Assembly: GCA_964617715.1 (NCBI GenBank)
Contig: CAZTZN010000002.1
Span: 23,441 to 87,440, forward strand
Source of the DNA: an uncultured Armatimonadia bacterium
GTDB taxonomy: Bacteria; Armatimonadota; Zipacnadia; Zipacnadales; UBA5352
Direction of reading: 5' to 3'
Length of the DNA stretch: 64,000 bases
In this document: positions 49,566 through 60,336 of the stretch, piece by piece
Numbering within the stretch: position 1 is the stretch's first letter
Layout: each line of letters opens with the position of its first letter
Position numbers and translations under genes: made by a program
Notes under the pieces: generated by a model
Database searches by the model: none
What the model saw: only the letters and a program-made list of their open reading frames with translations
What the model was told of the DNA's origin: nothing

Positions 49566-51158
49566 ATGCGTCCGCTTGCCTGGCTCATATGCGCCGGGTG
49601 TGTCGCTGTCCTCAGCTTCGGCTGCGGGGGAGGCGGCAACGCGCCCGCCGTCGGTCCGCAACCTCCGTCTTCGAATGAGCCCCTGCAGGTTGGCCCACTT
49701 GTCGTCCGTACGGCCGCCAGGCCGACCCTCAACACCTCGATCATCCCCAGCACCGGGAACGCCAGCTTCGTCGCCCTTTGGGGCGCGACCATCAATTACG
49801 CCGGCGTCCAGGAGCTGCTCGACCGCATCGTCTTCAGCAGCTTCCGCTCCGCTAACTGGGACATCTGGGTCTGCGATCTCTTCGGCGAGAACCTGCACCG
49901 AGTCACGGGCACCGGCCACCCCGACCGCCTGCCGGTCTGGTCTCCTGATGGCACGCGAATCGCCTTCGCCCAGGAGCGGGACATCTCGGGCGAGGCCGAC
50001 GTCTACGTGGTCAATGAGAACGGCGCGAACCTCACCAATCTCACCAACAGCGCCGACTACGACACGCACCCGACCTGGTCCCCCACCGGTGACCGGATCG
50101 CTTTCCAGACCGATCGGCCCGGCAATTCGGAGATCTATGCCATGTACGCCGATGGGAGCGACCCGGTCAACCTGACGAACCACGCCGACGCAGACCTGGC
50201 GCCGGACTGGAGCGGCGACCAAGCACATGGCGGCATCGCGTTCATGAGCACCCGGGACGGGAATTGCGAGATCTACAAGATGGATCACCGCGGCCTGAAC
50301 CCCACGCGCCTGACTGACACCACGGCGGAGGAGGCCTTTCCGGCGTGGTCGGCAGATGGCTTGTTGATCGCATTCCGGATCGCAGTCGCGAACAGTGACA
50401 TCTTCGAGATGTACTCCGACGGCACTCTCGTGCGGCCGCTCGCGGACAGCCAATACTACGAAGACCATCCGTCCTACTCGACCGATGGCCGCTTTGTTGC
50501 CTTCGTGTCGTCCGAGGGTGGTGGCTTCAATATCTGGGTGCGCCAGACAGCGCCGCCCGGTCGTCATTACCGGGTCACCGACGCGGGCGGCAGCGATAGC
50601 GACCCCGACCTGGGCAGCCCCACGGTACAGACCGCGCGCGTGCTCATCGGCCCCGGCGGCTCCGATCACGGCTACGACCCGCTCTGGAGCAACACCTACG
50701 CCGGGATCGTATCCTTCAATGCCGATGGGTACCTGGGCTTTGTGCGCATAGGCCTCCACGCATCAGACGCCGCGGGACTGCAGGTCACGCCGCTCAGCAA
50801 CGTTGGCGCCAGCCTTTCGGCGGTGCGCCTGCGCGCCGGTGAGATCGTCAACCTGCGCGAGGATACCGGCATCAACATGCGGCCGATCAAGTGGGACTTC
50901 GATGCGGAAAACCCGACCAGCGCCATTCTCTACTTCAACTCCGCCACCGGCAAGCTGGTTTCGGTGCTGCTCAATCGCTCCTCCACCTATCCCTCGTCGG
51001 CCGCAGATCCGCCCGGCGATGTCGGGCACTCGGTCATCGGTTCGCGCACGCAGGTCACCGGTGACTTCAGTGCGGTCTACGACGCCGACGGCGGTCTCGT
51101 CGCAGAGGACGTGTGCACGGTCGAATTCGAACATGGGGTAATAGCCCGGGCGTACTGA
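49566..51158 (+). CDS. TolB-like lipoprotein with WD40-like (PD40) beta-propeller repeats and a C-terminal beta-rich domain
   Basis: ATG at 49566. Lipoprotein signal MRPLAWLICAGCVAVLSFGCGGG. Repeated PD40 motifs: PVWSPDGTRIAF, PTWSPTGDRIAF, PAWSADGLLIAF, PSYSTDGRFVAF. Confidence 0.75.
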   Translation: MRPLAWLICAGCVAVLSFGCGGGGNAPAVGPQPPSSNEPLQVGPLVVRTAARPTLNTSIIPSTGNASFVALWGATINYAGVQELLDRIVFSSFRSANWDIWVCDLFGENLHRVTGTGHPDRLPVWSPDGTRIAFAQERDISGEADVYVVNENGANLTNLTNSADYDTHPTWSPTGDRIAFQTDRPGNSEIYAMYADGSDPVNLTNHADADLAPDWSGDQAHGGIAFMSTRDGNCEIYKMDHRGLNPTRLTDTTAEEAFPAWSADGLLIAFRIAVANSDIFEMYSDGTLVRPLADSQYYEDHPSYSTDGRFVAFVSSEGGGFNIWVRQTAPPGRHYRVTDAGGSDSDPDLGSPTVQTARVLIGPGGSDHGYDPLWSNTYAGIVSFNADGYLGFVRIGLHASDAAGLQVTPLSNVGASLSAVRLRAGEIVNLREDTGINMRPIKWDFDAENPTSAILYFNSATGKLVSVLLNRSSTYPSSAADPPGDVGHSVIGSRTQVTGDFSAVYDADGGLVAEDVCTVEFEHGVIARAY

Positions 51159-51390
51159 CGGCGCGATGGGGACATCGTCGGGCCGGCGAACAGCATACCC
51201 GGAGACCATCTTCAACCCGACAGCGAAGGCCATCACAGGCCGGTGACCAGCCCCCTCACTCGGCCTCCACGGGCGCGGCTCACATTGGCCTCCCCGGCCA
51301 CGCCCGTCATCCCCCTGAGAGCCGCTGTTCCGAGGCCCCAAATCGCCACGCAGAGGCCCCTCAGTGCCCCATAAAGCGCGTTTTCTGCAT

Positions 51391-51419
51391 TTGACGCGAT
51401 GCCCCGAATCGTGTATACT
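51391..51419 (+). promoter_or_regulatory. Putative gyrA promoter TTGACG-N17-TATACT
   Basis: Hexamers at 51391-51396 and 51414-51419, the same hexamer pair as the gyrB promoter. About 80 nt upstream of the gyrA ATG, which has a GGGAG SD. Confidence 0.45.
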
Positions 51420-51502
51420 TCATTGTCCCCGAAGAGACGTCCTCAACGCGTCCTCAGGACGCCCCAGAACGCAGATTCTGCAGCACACGCAGGGAGCTAC
51501 CG

Positions 51503-53974
51503 ATGGCAGACGAGAACCTCGAAGCAGGCGTCGAAACCGTATCGTTGCATCAGGAGATGGAAGACTCGTTCATGCAATTCGCGCTCAGCGTCATCGTGGC
51601 GCGCGCGCTCCCCGATGCGCGTGATGGCCTGAAGCCCTCGCAGCGCCGCATCCTGCTGGCGATGAATGACGAGGGGGTCTATTCCGACCGCGCCCACGTC
51701 AAGTGCGCCTCCATCGTCGGCGAGACCATGAAGACCTATCACCCGCACGGCGATCAGTCGCTCTACGACACGCTTGTGCGCCTGGCTCAGGACTTCTCGA
51801 TCCGCTACCCCCTGGTCGATCCGCAGGGCAACTTCGGCTCCATCGACGGCGATCCGGCGGGCGCCCCGCGCTACACTGAGGCGCGATTGTCCCCCGTGGC
51901 CATGGCGATGCTCGAGGACCTCGACAAGGACACCGTTGACTGGCAGCCCAACTACGACGAACGCACCCAGGAGCCCGAGGTGCTGCCGGGCGCCTTCCCC
52001 AATCTGCTGTGCAACGGCACCGCGGGCATCGCTGTGGGCTACGCCACCAACCTGCCCCCGCACAACCTCGGTGAGGTCGTGGAGGCCGCCATCGCACTGC
52101 TCGACGACCCCGACCTCGAGCCTCAGGCGCTGATGAAGCACATCCAGGGCCCCGACTTCCCGACCGGCGCGATGATCCTCGGACGCAAGGGCATCCGCGA
52201 TTACTTCGTCACCGGCAAGGGCTCGGTGACCATGCAGGCGCGCGCGGTTCCCGAGCCGCTCCCGCGTGGACGCGAGGCGATCATCGTCACCGAGCTGCCC
52301 TACCAGGTCTCCAAAGCCGGTCTGCTCGAGCAGATCGCGGACCTGGTCAACGACGGCAAGCTCGACGGTATCAGCGACCTGCGCGACGAGTCGGACCGCA
52401 ACGGCATGCGCATCGTGATCGAACTCAGGCGCGATGCGGTGGCCGACGTGGTGCTGAATAACCTCTACAAGCACACCTACATGCGCACCAACTTCAACGC
52501 CAACCTGCTGGCGCTGGTGAAGATGAAGGGCTCGCTCATCCCACGCCAGTGTTCGATGAAGGACCTCCTGCAGATCTTCCTCGACCACCGACGCGACGTC
52601 ATCACGCGCCGGACGACATTCCTGCTCAAGCAGGCCGAGGCGCGCCTGCACATCGTCGAGGGTCTGCTGCGCGCGCTGGACGTGATCGATGAGATCATCG
52701 CCCTCATCCGCGCCAGCGCCAACCGCACCGAGGCGCGCGAGGGACTGATGAGCGAGTTCGAATTCAGCCAGCTCCAGGCGGACGCGATCCTGGACATGCG
52801 GCTGAGCCAGCTCACCCGACTCTCGTACGAGGACCTGGCGGCCGAGAAGCAGAAGCTCGAGGAGGCCATCGCGGAGTACAACAAGATATTGGGCTCCGAG
52901 GCCGAGAAGTCCAAGGTCATCAAGCGCGAGCTGCGCAAGCTGGTGCGTGACTTCGGCGACGAGCGGCGCACCCGTATCCACGATGCGGAGGCCGAGGACA
53001 TCGACATGGAGGACCTGATCGCCCAGGAAGACATGGCGATCACTATCACGCGCGACGGCTACATCAAGCGCATGCCCGTGGACACCTACCGGGTCCAACG
53101 ACGCGGCGGCCGCGGGATCGTGGCCCTCACGAAGAAGGAAGAGGACACCGTCGCCGACATCTTCGTGGCGACGACCCACCACCTCATCCTGTTCTTCACC
53201 AATCGCGGCAACGTGTACCGTGCCAAGGCCTACCAGGCGCCGCTGGCCAGTCGCCAGGCGCGGGGCACGCCCATCAGCAACATCGTCCCGCTCGAGGACG
53301 GAGAGAGCATCACCGCGTGGATCCCGGTCGAGAACTATGACCGGGGCGGCTACCTGTTCATGGTCACCGACCAGGGCTACGTGAAGAAGACGGAACTCAA
53401 GGAGTACGACACCCACCTGCGCACCAAGGGCCTGATCGGCATCAGCCTGGAACCGGGCGACGAACTGCGCTGGGTCATCTGGACCGACGGCTCCAAGGAC
53501 ATCATGCTCAGCACGCGCGACGGCATGGCCATCCGCTTTGACGAGGAGCAGGTCCGTCCCACGGGCCGCAATACTCGGGGCGTGCAGGGCATCAGGCTGC
53601 GCAAGGGCGATGCGCTGGTGTCTGCGGAGGCGGTCGATAAGGATGACTCGCGCGACCTGCTGGTGGTCAGCGAGAAGGGCTTGGGCAAGCGCACACCCTT
53701 GAAGGAGTACCGCCGCCAGGGCCGCAACGGCATGGGCGTGACCACGCTCAAAGTCACGGAGAAGAACGGGCGCGTTGTGGGCACCGAAGTGGTCGATGAT
53801 GAAGACCAGATAATGTGCATCACCTCCGCCGGTGTGCTGATCCGTATGCCCGTGGCCAACATCCGACGCTGCGGGCGCAACACACAGGGCGTCAAGGTGG
53901 TCTCGCCCGACGAGGGCGCGCATGTATGTGCGGTCGCGAAGGTGGTCCGCGAAGCCGGCGGCGCGACCGAGTAG
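51503..53974 (+). CDS. gyrA: DNA gyrase subunit A
   Basis: Region around the active-site Tyr (EARLSPVAM in ...[12 protein letters not shown]...), the QRDR-like [11 protein letters not shown], and a C-terminal beta-pinwheel with repeats. Confidence 0.95.
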   Translation: MADENLEAGVETVSLHQEMEDSFMQFALSVIVARALPDARDGLKPSQRRILLAMNDEGVYSDRAHVKCASIVGETMKTYHPHGDQSLYDTLVRLAQDFSIRYPLVDPQGNFGSIDGDPAGAPRYTEARLSPVAMAMLEDLDKDTVDWQPNYDERTQEPEVLPGAFPNLLCNGTAGIAVGYATNLPPHNLGEVVEAAIALLDDPDLEPQALMKHIQGPDFPTGAMILGRKGIRDYFVTGKGSVTMQARAVPEPLPRGREAIIVTELPYQVSKAGLLEQIADLVNDGKLDGISDLRDESDRNGMRIVIELRRDAVADVVLNNLYKHTYMRTNFNANLLALVKMKGSLIPRQCSMKDLLQIFLDHRRDVITRRTTFLLKQAEARLHIVEGLLRALDVIDEIIALIRASANRTEAREGLMSEFEFSQLQADAILDMRLSQLTRLSYEDLAAEKQKLEEAIAEYNKILGSEAEKSKVIKRELRKLVRDFGDERRTRIHDAEAEDIDMEDLIAQEDMAITITRDGYIKRMPVDTYRVQRRGGRGIVALTKKEEDTVADIFVATTHHLILFFTNRGNVYRAKAYQAPLASRQARGTPISNIVPLEDGESITAWIPVENYDRGGYLFMVTDQGYVKKTELKEYDTHLRTKGLIGISLEPGDELRWVIWTDGSKDIMLSTRDGMAIRFDEEQVRPTGRNTRGVQGIRLRKGDALVSAEAVDKDDSRDLLVVSEKGLGKRTPLKEYRRQGRNGMGVTTLKVTEKNGRVVGTEVVDDEDQIMCITSAGVLIRMPVANIRRCGRNTQGVKVVSPDEGAHVCAVAKVVREAGGATE

Positions 53975-54000
53975 TCTCCTCAACCGGCAGTGCCCTCGCA

Positions 54001-54038
54001 GGGCACCTCGAGCCGTCCGGCGAGGTGCCCTGTTTTTC
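54001..54038 (+). terminator. Rho-independent terminator after gyrA (GGGCACCUCG-N10-CGAGGUGCCC + UGUUUUUCU)
   Basis: Perfect 10-bp inverted repeat plus a U tract, read from the sequence. An overlapping alternative hairpin GTGCCCT-CGCA-GGGCAC lies at 53990-54006. Confidence 0.6.
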
Positions 54039-54298
54039 TGCGCCAGATCACGCCCGCCGGCAGGAAGACCGTGCCCGCGCAGCGTATACTCGGATACGCC
54101 CGCGACGCTGCGACCTGCACCGACGCGAAGGACACGCGCGAATTTCCGCGACGTCTTGACTCGACTGCAGGTAATGGAATACCGTGCAAAGGGATACAGG
54201 TTTCGGGGGCGAAAGCTGCCCAAACATCTGCGTAGCGCGAACCCTCACGCACGGGCGAGCGCGCTGCGGCGTACACTCGGGGATCACGGAGGCACTCG

Positions 54299-56548
54299 AT
54301 GGCAACATCGTGGAGGGAGACAACGTTACAGCTTTCGGAGAACGCACTGACCGTTCTGGGCCGTCGCTACCTGCGCAAGGACGCCGACGGCCAGGTGGTC
54401 GAGCGACCGGAGGACATGTTCCGGCGCGTAGCGGAGAACATCGCCTCGGCCGAAGCCAACTACGGCGCCGCCGAGGCGGACGTGGCGCGCGTAGCCGAGG
54501 AGTTCTACGGCATCATGGCGCGCCAGGAGTTCATGCCTAACTCCCCCACGCTGATGAACGCGGGTCGCGAGTTCCAGCAGCTCTCCGCCTGCTTCGTGTT
54601 GCCGGTCGAGGACTCGATGGAGAGCATCTTCGAGGCGGTCAAGAACACCGCCATGATTCACAAGAGCGGCGGCGGCACCGGCTTCTCGTTCTCACGCCTG
54701 CGCCCCGCCGATGACGTGGTCAGCTCCACACGCGGTGTCTCCAGCGGTCCGGTGTCGTTCATGCGTGTGTTCGACGCGGCGACTGAGGCCATCAAGCAGG
54801 GAGGTGTCCGCCGGGGCGCCAACATGGCCGTGTTGCGGGTCGATCACCCGGACATCATGCAGTTCATCGAGGCCAAGTCGGACCACACCCAGCTCACCAA
54901 CTTCAACCTGTCCGTGGGCGTGACCGAGGACTTCATGCGGGCGGTGCAGCACGGCGAACAGTTCGGGCTGATCAACCCGCGCACCGGGCAGCAGACCGGC
55001 ACTATCGACGCCCGGCAGACCTTCCGGCGCATGGCCGAGCTGGCGTGGGCGGGCGGTGACCCCGGCCTGGTCTTCCTCGATCGGATGAACGCAGCCAACC
55101 CGACCCCACACATCGGTGAGATTGAGGCGACCAACCCCTGCGGCGAGCAGCCGCTGTTGGCGTTCGAGTCGTGTAACCTCGGCTCGATCAACCTGGCGAA
55201 GATGGTCGAGGGCGCCGGTGAGGCGGCGCGCATCGACTGGGACCGCCTGCGGGCGACCGTGCACACCGCCGTGCGCTTCCTCGACAACGTCATCGACATG
55301 AACGAGCTGCCCCTGCCGCAGATCGCCGACAGGACCCGCGGCAACCGCAAGATCGGCCTGGGCGTCATGGGCTTCGCTGACATGCTCATCCTGCTCGGCG
55401 TGCCCTACAACTCCCAGCAGGCCGTGCGCACCGCCGAGCAGGTAATGCAGTTCGTGCGCGACGAGGGCCGCGCGGCCTCTCATGAGCTGGCAAAACAGCG
55501 CGGACCGTTCCCCAACTGGCAGGGCTCTACCTACCAGCAGGCGGGCGAGGCGCCGTTGCGCAATGCGACCGTCACCACCATCGCGCCCACCGGAACTATC
55601 AGCATCATCGCGGGCTGCTCGTCGGGGATCGAGCCGCTGTTCGCCGTGGTGTTCACGCGTCACGTGCTCGACAACGACGAACTGCTCGAGGTCCACCCGC
55701 TCTTCGAGCGCATGGCTAAGGAGCAGGGGTTCTTCAGCCCGGAGCTGCTCAAGGAGATCGAGGCGAAGGGCTCGCTGCACGACATCGAGGCCATCCCGCC
55801 GAGCGTGCGCGAGCTGTTCACCACCGCGCATGACGTCACGCCCGAGTGGCATGTGCGCATCCAGGCGGCGTTCCAGGAGTTCACCGACAACGCCGTGTCG
55901 AAGACGGTCAACTTCCCCAACGAGGCCACCGTGGAGGATGTCGAACACGTCTACCGGCTGGCCTACGAGCTGCACTGCAAGGGCGTGACCATCTACCGCG
56001 ACGGCTCCCGCGATGAGCAGGTGCTCACCACCGGCAAGACCGAGCGGGCACACGAGGGTGAGGTCGTGACGGCACCGGTGACGCCACGCCCGCGGCCCGC
56101 GGTGGTCACCGGCTCGACGCGCATGGTGCGCACCGGCTGCGGCAAGCTCTATGTGACCATCAACCAGGACGAGCACGGACCGTTCGAGCTGTTCGCGACC
56201 ATGGGCAAGGCGGGCGGTTGTGCGGCGTCGCAGGCGGAGGCGATCGCGCGCCTGGTGTCACTGGCGTTCCGCTGCGGCATACCCACCGCCGACGTCGTTC
56301 GCCAGCTCCGCGGCATTCGCTGCCATCAGCCGGCGTGGGAGGCGGGCGGCGAGCGCATCCTCTCGTGCGCGGACGCGGTGGCCAAGGTCATCGAGCGTAC
56401 GCTGATGCCCGAGGGCGAGCAACTTGCGATGGACTTCAACGGCTCGGCCTTCGGTCATGCCGGCGCGTGCCCGGAGTGCGGCGGCACGCTGGTGCACGAG
56501 GGCGGCTGCAACGTCTGCCGCGACTGCGGCTACTCACAGTGTGACTGA
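54299..56548 (+). CDS. nrdJ: Adenosylcobalamin-dependent (class II) ribonucleotide reductase, monomeric type with a C-terminal zinc ribbon
   Basis: GGAGG SD upstream. Active-site and finger-loop motifs: NPCGEQPL, CNLGSINL, TIAPTGT. C-terminal CPECGG...CNVCRDCGYSQC. Confidence 0.9.
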   Translation: MATSWRETTLQLSENALTVLGRRYLRKDADGQVVERPEDMFRRVAENIASAEANYGAAEADVARVAEEFYGIMARQEFMPNSPTLMNAGREFQQLSACFVLPVEDSMESIFEAVKNTAMIHKSGGGTGFSFSRLRPADDVVSSTRGVSSGPVSFMRVFDAATEAIKQGGVRRGANMAVLRVDHPDIMQFIEAKSDHTQLTNFNLSVGVTEDFMRAVQHGEQFGLINPRTGQQTGTIDARQTFRRMAELAWAGGDPGLVFLDRMNAANPTPHIGEIEATNPCGEQPLLAFESCNLGSINLAKMVEGAGEAARIDWDRLRATVHTAVRFLDNVIDMNELPLPQIADRTRGNRKIGLGVMGFADMLILLGVPYNSQQAVRTAEQVMQFVRDEGRAASHELAKQRGPFPNWQGSTYQQAGEAPLRNATVTTIAPTGTISIIAGCSSGIEPLFAVVFTRHVLDNDELLEVHPLFERMAKEQGFFSPELLKEIEAKGSLHDIEAIPPSVRELFTTAHDVTPEWHVRIQAAFQEFTDNAVSKTVNFPNEATVEDVEHVYRLAYELHCKGVTIYRDGSRDEQVLTTGKTERAHEGEVVTAPVTPRPRPAVVTGSTRMVRTGCGKLYVTINQDEHGPFELFATMGKAGGCAASQAEAIARLVSLAFRCGIPTADVVRQLRGIRCHQPAWEAGGERILSCADAVAKVIERTLMPEGEQLAMDFNGSAFGHAGACPECGGTLVHEGGCNVCRDCGYSQCD

Positions 56549-56559
56549 GGGCGGAAGGG

Positions 56560-57303
56560 TTGAGCAACATGGACCTGACGAGCATCGGGCCGCAGTTCCA
56601 GGAGGCGACCAAGTACGGGCGGGGCCGACCGGTGCCGCAGGCGCCGGGTTGGGCCAGCCCACCGCCCACCTACAAGCAGTACGAGAGCTACCTTGATCGC
56701 GTCGAGTTGCCCCAGCCTGACACGGCCGGCGGCCCCGGCCTGTGGGCGACCATCGCGCAGCGCCGCTCACAACGCCGGTTCAGCGGCCGGCCGTTGGAGA
56801 TCATGCACCTGTCGCAACTGCTGTGGGCCACCCAGGGCGTGACCGGCGAGGTACCGGGCTTCGAGTTGCGCGCGGCGGCTTCCGCGGGCGCCCTCTACCC
56901 CAACGAGACCTACGTGATCGCGCAGGCGGTGGACGACCTGGACCGCGGCGTTTACCACTACGATGTCCGCGGGCACGCACTCGGCCTGCTCGCGGATGGA
57001 GACTACTCGGCCGACGCCGCGCAGGCATGCCTCGGGCAGACCTGGATGGCGGGCGCGGGGGTGATCTTCGTCTGGGGTGCGGTGGTTGCACGCTGCGCCT
57101 GGAAGTACCAGAACCGGGCCTACCGCTACCTGTATCTCGACGCCGGGCACCTGGGCGCCCATGTGCAACTCGCGGCACAGGCGCTGGGACTGGCGTCCTG
57201 CAACGTCGCGGCGTTCTTTGACGATGAGGTCGCTCGGCTTGTCGGGATCGATGGTCGGACTGAGGTGCCGGTCTACGTGACCGCGGTGGGGCGCCCCGAC
57301 TGA
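56560..57303 (+). CDS. SagB-type dehydrogenase / nitroreductase-family protein
   Basis: Nitroreductase-fold motifs RRSQRRF and LYLDAGHLGAHVQLAAQALGLASC. Begins 11 nt after the nrdJ stop with a GGAAGGG SD. Confidence 0.7.
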   Translation: MSNMDLTSIGPQFQEATKYGRGRPVPQAPGWASPPPTYKQYESYLDRVELPQPDTAGGPGLWATIAQRRSQRRFSGRPLEIMHLSQLLWATQGVTGEVPGFELRAAASAGALYPNETYVIAQAVDDLDRGVYHYDVRGHALGLLADGDYSADAAQACLGQTWMAGAGVIFVWGAVVARCAWKYQNRAYRYLYLDAGHLGAHVQLAAQALGLASCNVAAFFDDEVARLVGIDGRTEVPVYVTAVGRPD

Positions 57304-57306
57304 GCC

Positions 57307-59262
57307 CTACTCGTACTTCAGGTCCAGGATCTCCCACACCTCCACCGGTTCGGAGAACCCGCGCACCTCGACCGGCCCTATCGCCCGGGCCTCGACCGCA
57401 CCGGCCACTTGCTCGTACGTCTCGCGGCTGACAAGAATCTGCGCCCCGAACTCCTTGGTCAGATTCTCAAGCCGCGACGCCAGGTTGACCCGCGCCCCGA
57501 TGGCCGTATACTGCATACGCTCGCCGGTCCCCACATAGCCCACCACCGCCTCGCCGCTGGCAACTCCGATCCCCGCGGCGAGTTCGGGCATGCCGTGGAA
57601 CTCCCACTCGGCCTGATTGTATCGGATGCGCCGCTGCATGTGCACGGCGGCGCGCACCGCCAGCAGAGCGTGATCGGGCTGCTCGGCAGGCGAGTTCCAG
57701 AAGGCCATCAGGCCATCGCCGATGTACTTGTCGAGAGTACCCTCGAACTCCCAGATGGTCTCGTGAACCAGGTAGAAGAAGCGGTTCAGAAGCTCGACGG
57801 TCTGCTCGGGCGCCATCTGCTCGGATCGGTCGGTGAAGTTGCGGATATCGGCGAACATCACGGTCACCACGCGCCGTTGCCCCTGCAACAGAGCGTCGGC
57901 ATCCTCCTCGATGACGCGCTCCATCACCGCCGCCGGCACGAACCGCGACAGAGCCCCGAGCGTACGTTCCTGCTCGCTCTCGGCGCCGACCAGGCGCACG
58001 CTCAATGCCGCCAGCACCATGAGCAGCATCACCAGGTTCGGAGCGGCCATCTCGATGACGATGCCGTCGGCGAACAGCGCCACCGCGAGCCAATTGTAGC
58101 CCACGAAGACCGCGATCGCCACGCCCATCGCCCACATCGGGCGAGGCGCCGACAGACCGAGGATCAGCGCCGCGGCGAGGGCGATGGTGGTGAAGATGCA
58201 CACCTCGCCCGGGGCCTGGCGGAGCATGTGGCCGGAGAGAATATTGGCCAACGCGTTGGCCTGCGTCTCGACGCCATTGTAGACGGTGTCGAACGGGCAC
58301 GCCCGCAGGTCATACAGCCCCGGAGCGCTCACCGCCACGAACACGATCTTCCCCTCCAGCCGCTCACGCGCGACATCCGGCTGCTTGTCCGCCAGTGCGA
58401 GCAAATCGCGCACTGAGATGTAGGGATACGTACCGGCGCCGCCGGCAAAGTCTATGAGCATACGGCCCGAGCGGTCGATGGGGATGCGGCGCCGTCCGCC
58501 GAGGTCGATGGCGCGACCCGGGTAGATGGTCACTCGCGCGGGGGGCACATCCAGGATTCCGGCCGCAGCCGCGACCGACAGCGACGGGTACAGCTCGTCA
58601 CCGCGACGCACAACCGGGAAAGTGTGACGGTACACACCATCGCCTGAGTCCGCGACGTTGACGAAGCCGACGTCCGCGGCCGCCTTCGCCAGTCCGGGCA
58701 GCGGCGCAGTCACCTCGCCGAGTTCGAAGAGGCGCGCCACCGCGTTCAGGCCACCACTGTGCGCCACGCGCGCCTGCGACCAGCTCCTCCCGGCCGGCCC
58801 AAAGTCACCGGCCGGCCGCACGGATCCCGTGGAGGTGTGGCCGAAGGCCGCGTGATAGACCATGCCCGCCTCGGCGGTGGCGTCGATAAGTTCCTGGTCC
58901 GACGCCGCGCCCCCCTCCGACAGATCAGGCTCCGCAAAGAAAATGTCGAATATGATGGCCTTCACACCGATGTCCTGAAGGGTGCGGATCACCTGGGCGA
59001 AACGCCTGCGCGGCCACGGCCAGCGTCCCAGCTCGACTACGCTGCCCTCATCGACCTCGACGATGGCGAGGCGGGGATCAGGCTCGCGAGGGCCGCGGTG
59101 GGTGAAACGCCAGTCAATCGTGCGCAGCTCAAGGCGGTCGAGATGCGTGAGCTGCGGCCAGAAGCGGATCGCCAGCACCAGCACCACGATCGCCGGCGCC
59201 AGCCAGAGCAGGCGTCGTCGGGCCTCGCGTTCGGGCGAAGGACGCCGATTCATGGTCATCAT
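57307..59262 (-). CDS. CHASE2-sensor adenylate/guanylate cyclase (class III)
   Basis: N-terminal CHASE2-like periplasmic region, hydrophobic helices, then cyclase motifs VTVMFADIRNFT and IGARVNLASRLE. Confidence 0.8.
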   Translation of the reverse strand: MMTMNRRPSPEREARRRLLWLAPAIVVLVLAIRFWPQLTHLDRLELRTIDWRFTHRGPREPDPRLAIVEVDEGSVVELGRWPWPRRRFAQVIRTLQDIGVKAIIFDIFFAEPDLSEGGAASDQELIDATAEAGMVYHAAFGHTSTGSVRPAGDFGPAGRSWSQARVAHSGGLNAVARLFELGEVTAPLPGLAKAAADVGFVNVADSGDGVYRHTFPVVRRGDELYPSLSVAAAAGILDVPPARVTIYPGRAIDLGGRRRIPIDRSGRMLIDFAGGAGTYPYISVRDLLALADKQPDVARERLEGKIVFVAVSAPGLYDLRACPFDTVYNGVETQANALANILSGHMLRQAPGEVCIFTTIALAAALILGLSAPRPMWAMGVAIAVFVGYNWLAVALFADGIVIEMAAPNLVMLLMVLAALSVRLVGAESEQERTLGALSRFVPAAVMERVIEEDADALLQGQRRVVTVMFADIRNFTDRSEQMAPEQTVELLNRFFYLVHETIWEFEGTLDKYIGDGLMAFWNSPAEQPDHALLAVRAAVHMQRRIRYNQAEWEFHGMPELAAGIGVASGEAVVGYVGTGERMQYTAIGARVNLASRLENLTKEFGAQILVSRETYEQVAGAVEARAIGPVEVRGFSEPVEVWEILDLKYE

Positions 59263-59377
59263 GTGAACGCGCGCACGGGTTTACCGCGGCCCCGCGCAGG
59301 GTATCACGACCGTGGGAGCGCGGGTGGCTCCCGAAGTCGCGTGCGACGGCATCAGCAGTATAAACGGGGAACGCGTG

Positions 59378-60265
59378 ATGCGCAAATCCGCAGTGCTGCT
59401 CGTAGGCGTTCTCGCCATCTTCATATTCCTCGGCGTGATGATGCTGCAATCGCTGGTTATCGTGCAGCGCATCGCGTCGGTGAGTGAGGTCGTCGGCGAC
59501 GTCTACGTGAAGGCCCGTGCCGACGTGGACTTCTCGGTGCTCGGCCAGCGCGAGCATGTGCTCGCCGGCACAACGGTCAAGACCGGCCCGGCGAGCGCCG
59601 TGACCCTCAATTGGGTGGACGGCTCACGGGTTCGGCTGGGGCCGGAGACGACGGTCCGCGTGCGCAAATGCACCATGAACACCCGCACCAGAGCCACGAC
59701 CTCGTTGTTCGACCTCGATGTGGGCCGGATCTGGGTGCGCGTGCTGTCGGTGCTGGGCGGCCAGACCAAGTTCGAGGTGCACACGCCTACCGCGACCGCA
59801 GGGGTGCGCGGCACCGTATTCTCTGTGGCGGTTGACCCGAGCGGAGAGACCCGGGTCGCGGTCTACGAGGGCGAAGTGCACGTCGCAACCGAGGCCGCAG
59901 AAGCTACAGTGAGCCCCGGGCAGCAGGCGGCGGTCGGGACCGATGGCCGGCCGGAGATCGCGCGCGCGCCGGAGGATGCGCTGAACTGGCAGGAGCAGAC
60001 GGGGATTATCGGGCCGCGCCTCGACCTGGATGTCGGGCCACAGGTGGCGGTGCCCGCCGGAGCGACGGCGGTCACCATCTCCGGGGTAGCTGAGCCCGGA
60101 GCACAAGTCAGCGTCAACGGCACCCCGGTCGAGTTGGACCAACGCTACCGCTTCACCGTCGAGGTGCCCCTGGGCGCGGCGACCGACGGCCTGATCGTAG
60201 TCAACGCGCAGGACTACCGCGGCGCAACGACCGTACGGGCGGTCGCGCTCGCGCAGTCACAATAG
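59378..60265 (+). CDS. FecR-domain protein with an N-terminal TM anchor
   Basis: ATG at 59378 (MRKSAVLLVGVLAIFIFLGVMMLQ). FecR-like beta region (GEVHV..., GTVFSV). Divergent from the CHASE2 cyclase gene. Confidence 0.65.
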   Translation: MRKSAVLLVGVLAIFIFLGVMMLQSLVIVQRIASVSEVVGDVYVKARADVDFSVLGQREHVLAGTTVKTGPASAVTLNWVDGSRVRLGPETTVRVRKCTMNTRTRATTSLFDLDVGRIWVRVLSVLGGQTKFEVHTPTATAGVRGTVFSVAVDPSGETRVAVYEGEVHVATEAAEATVSPGQQAAVGTDGRPEIARAPEDALNWQEQTGIIGPRLDLDVGPQVAVPAGATAVTISGVAEPGAQVSVNGTPVELDQRYRFTVEVPLGAATDGLIVVNAQDYRGATTVRAVALAQSQ

Positions 60266-60336
60266 CCGACACTACAACGCCGCGAACGTCCGGGCGAGGC
60301 CGCCCGGGCGTTTGTGTGTTCTGCCGACTGTCGTAC

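Noticed and set aside
51497-54223. 908-aa minus-strand ORF opposite gyrA, and similar antisense ORFs opposite gyrB (47772..49424), nrdJ (54692..56176), argS (26247..27884), mtaB (23807..25093) and the Lon homolog (10376..11620)
   Set aside because: All are antisense to genes with unmistakable conserved motifs and lack any recognisable domains of their own.
54039-54298. Cobalamin riboswitch or NrdR box upstream of nrdJ
   Set aside because: The only B12-box-like stretch (CAGGAAGACCGTGCC at about 54060) has an insertion relative to the consensus and sits too close to the gyrA terminator for the upstream riboswitch core to fit. No ACACwAtATaTwGTGT-like NrdR palindrome is present. The region is reported only as an unexplained leader.
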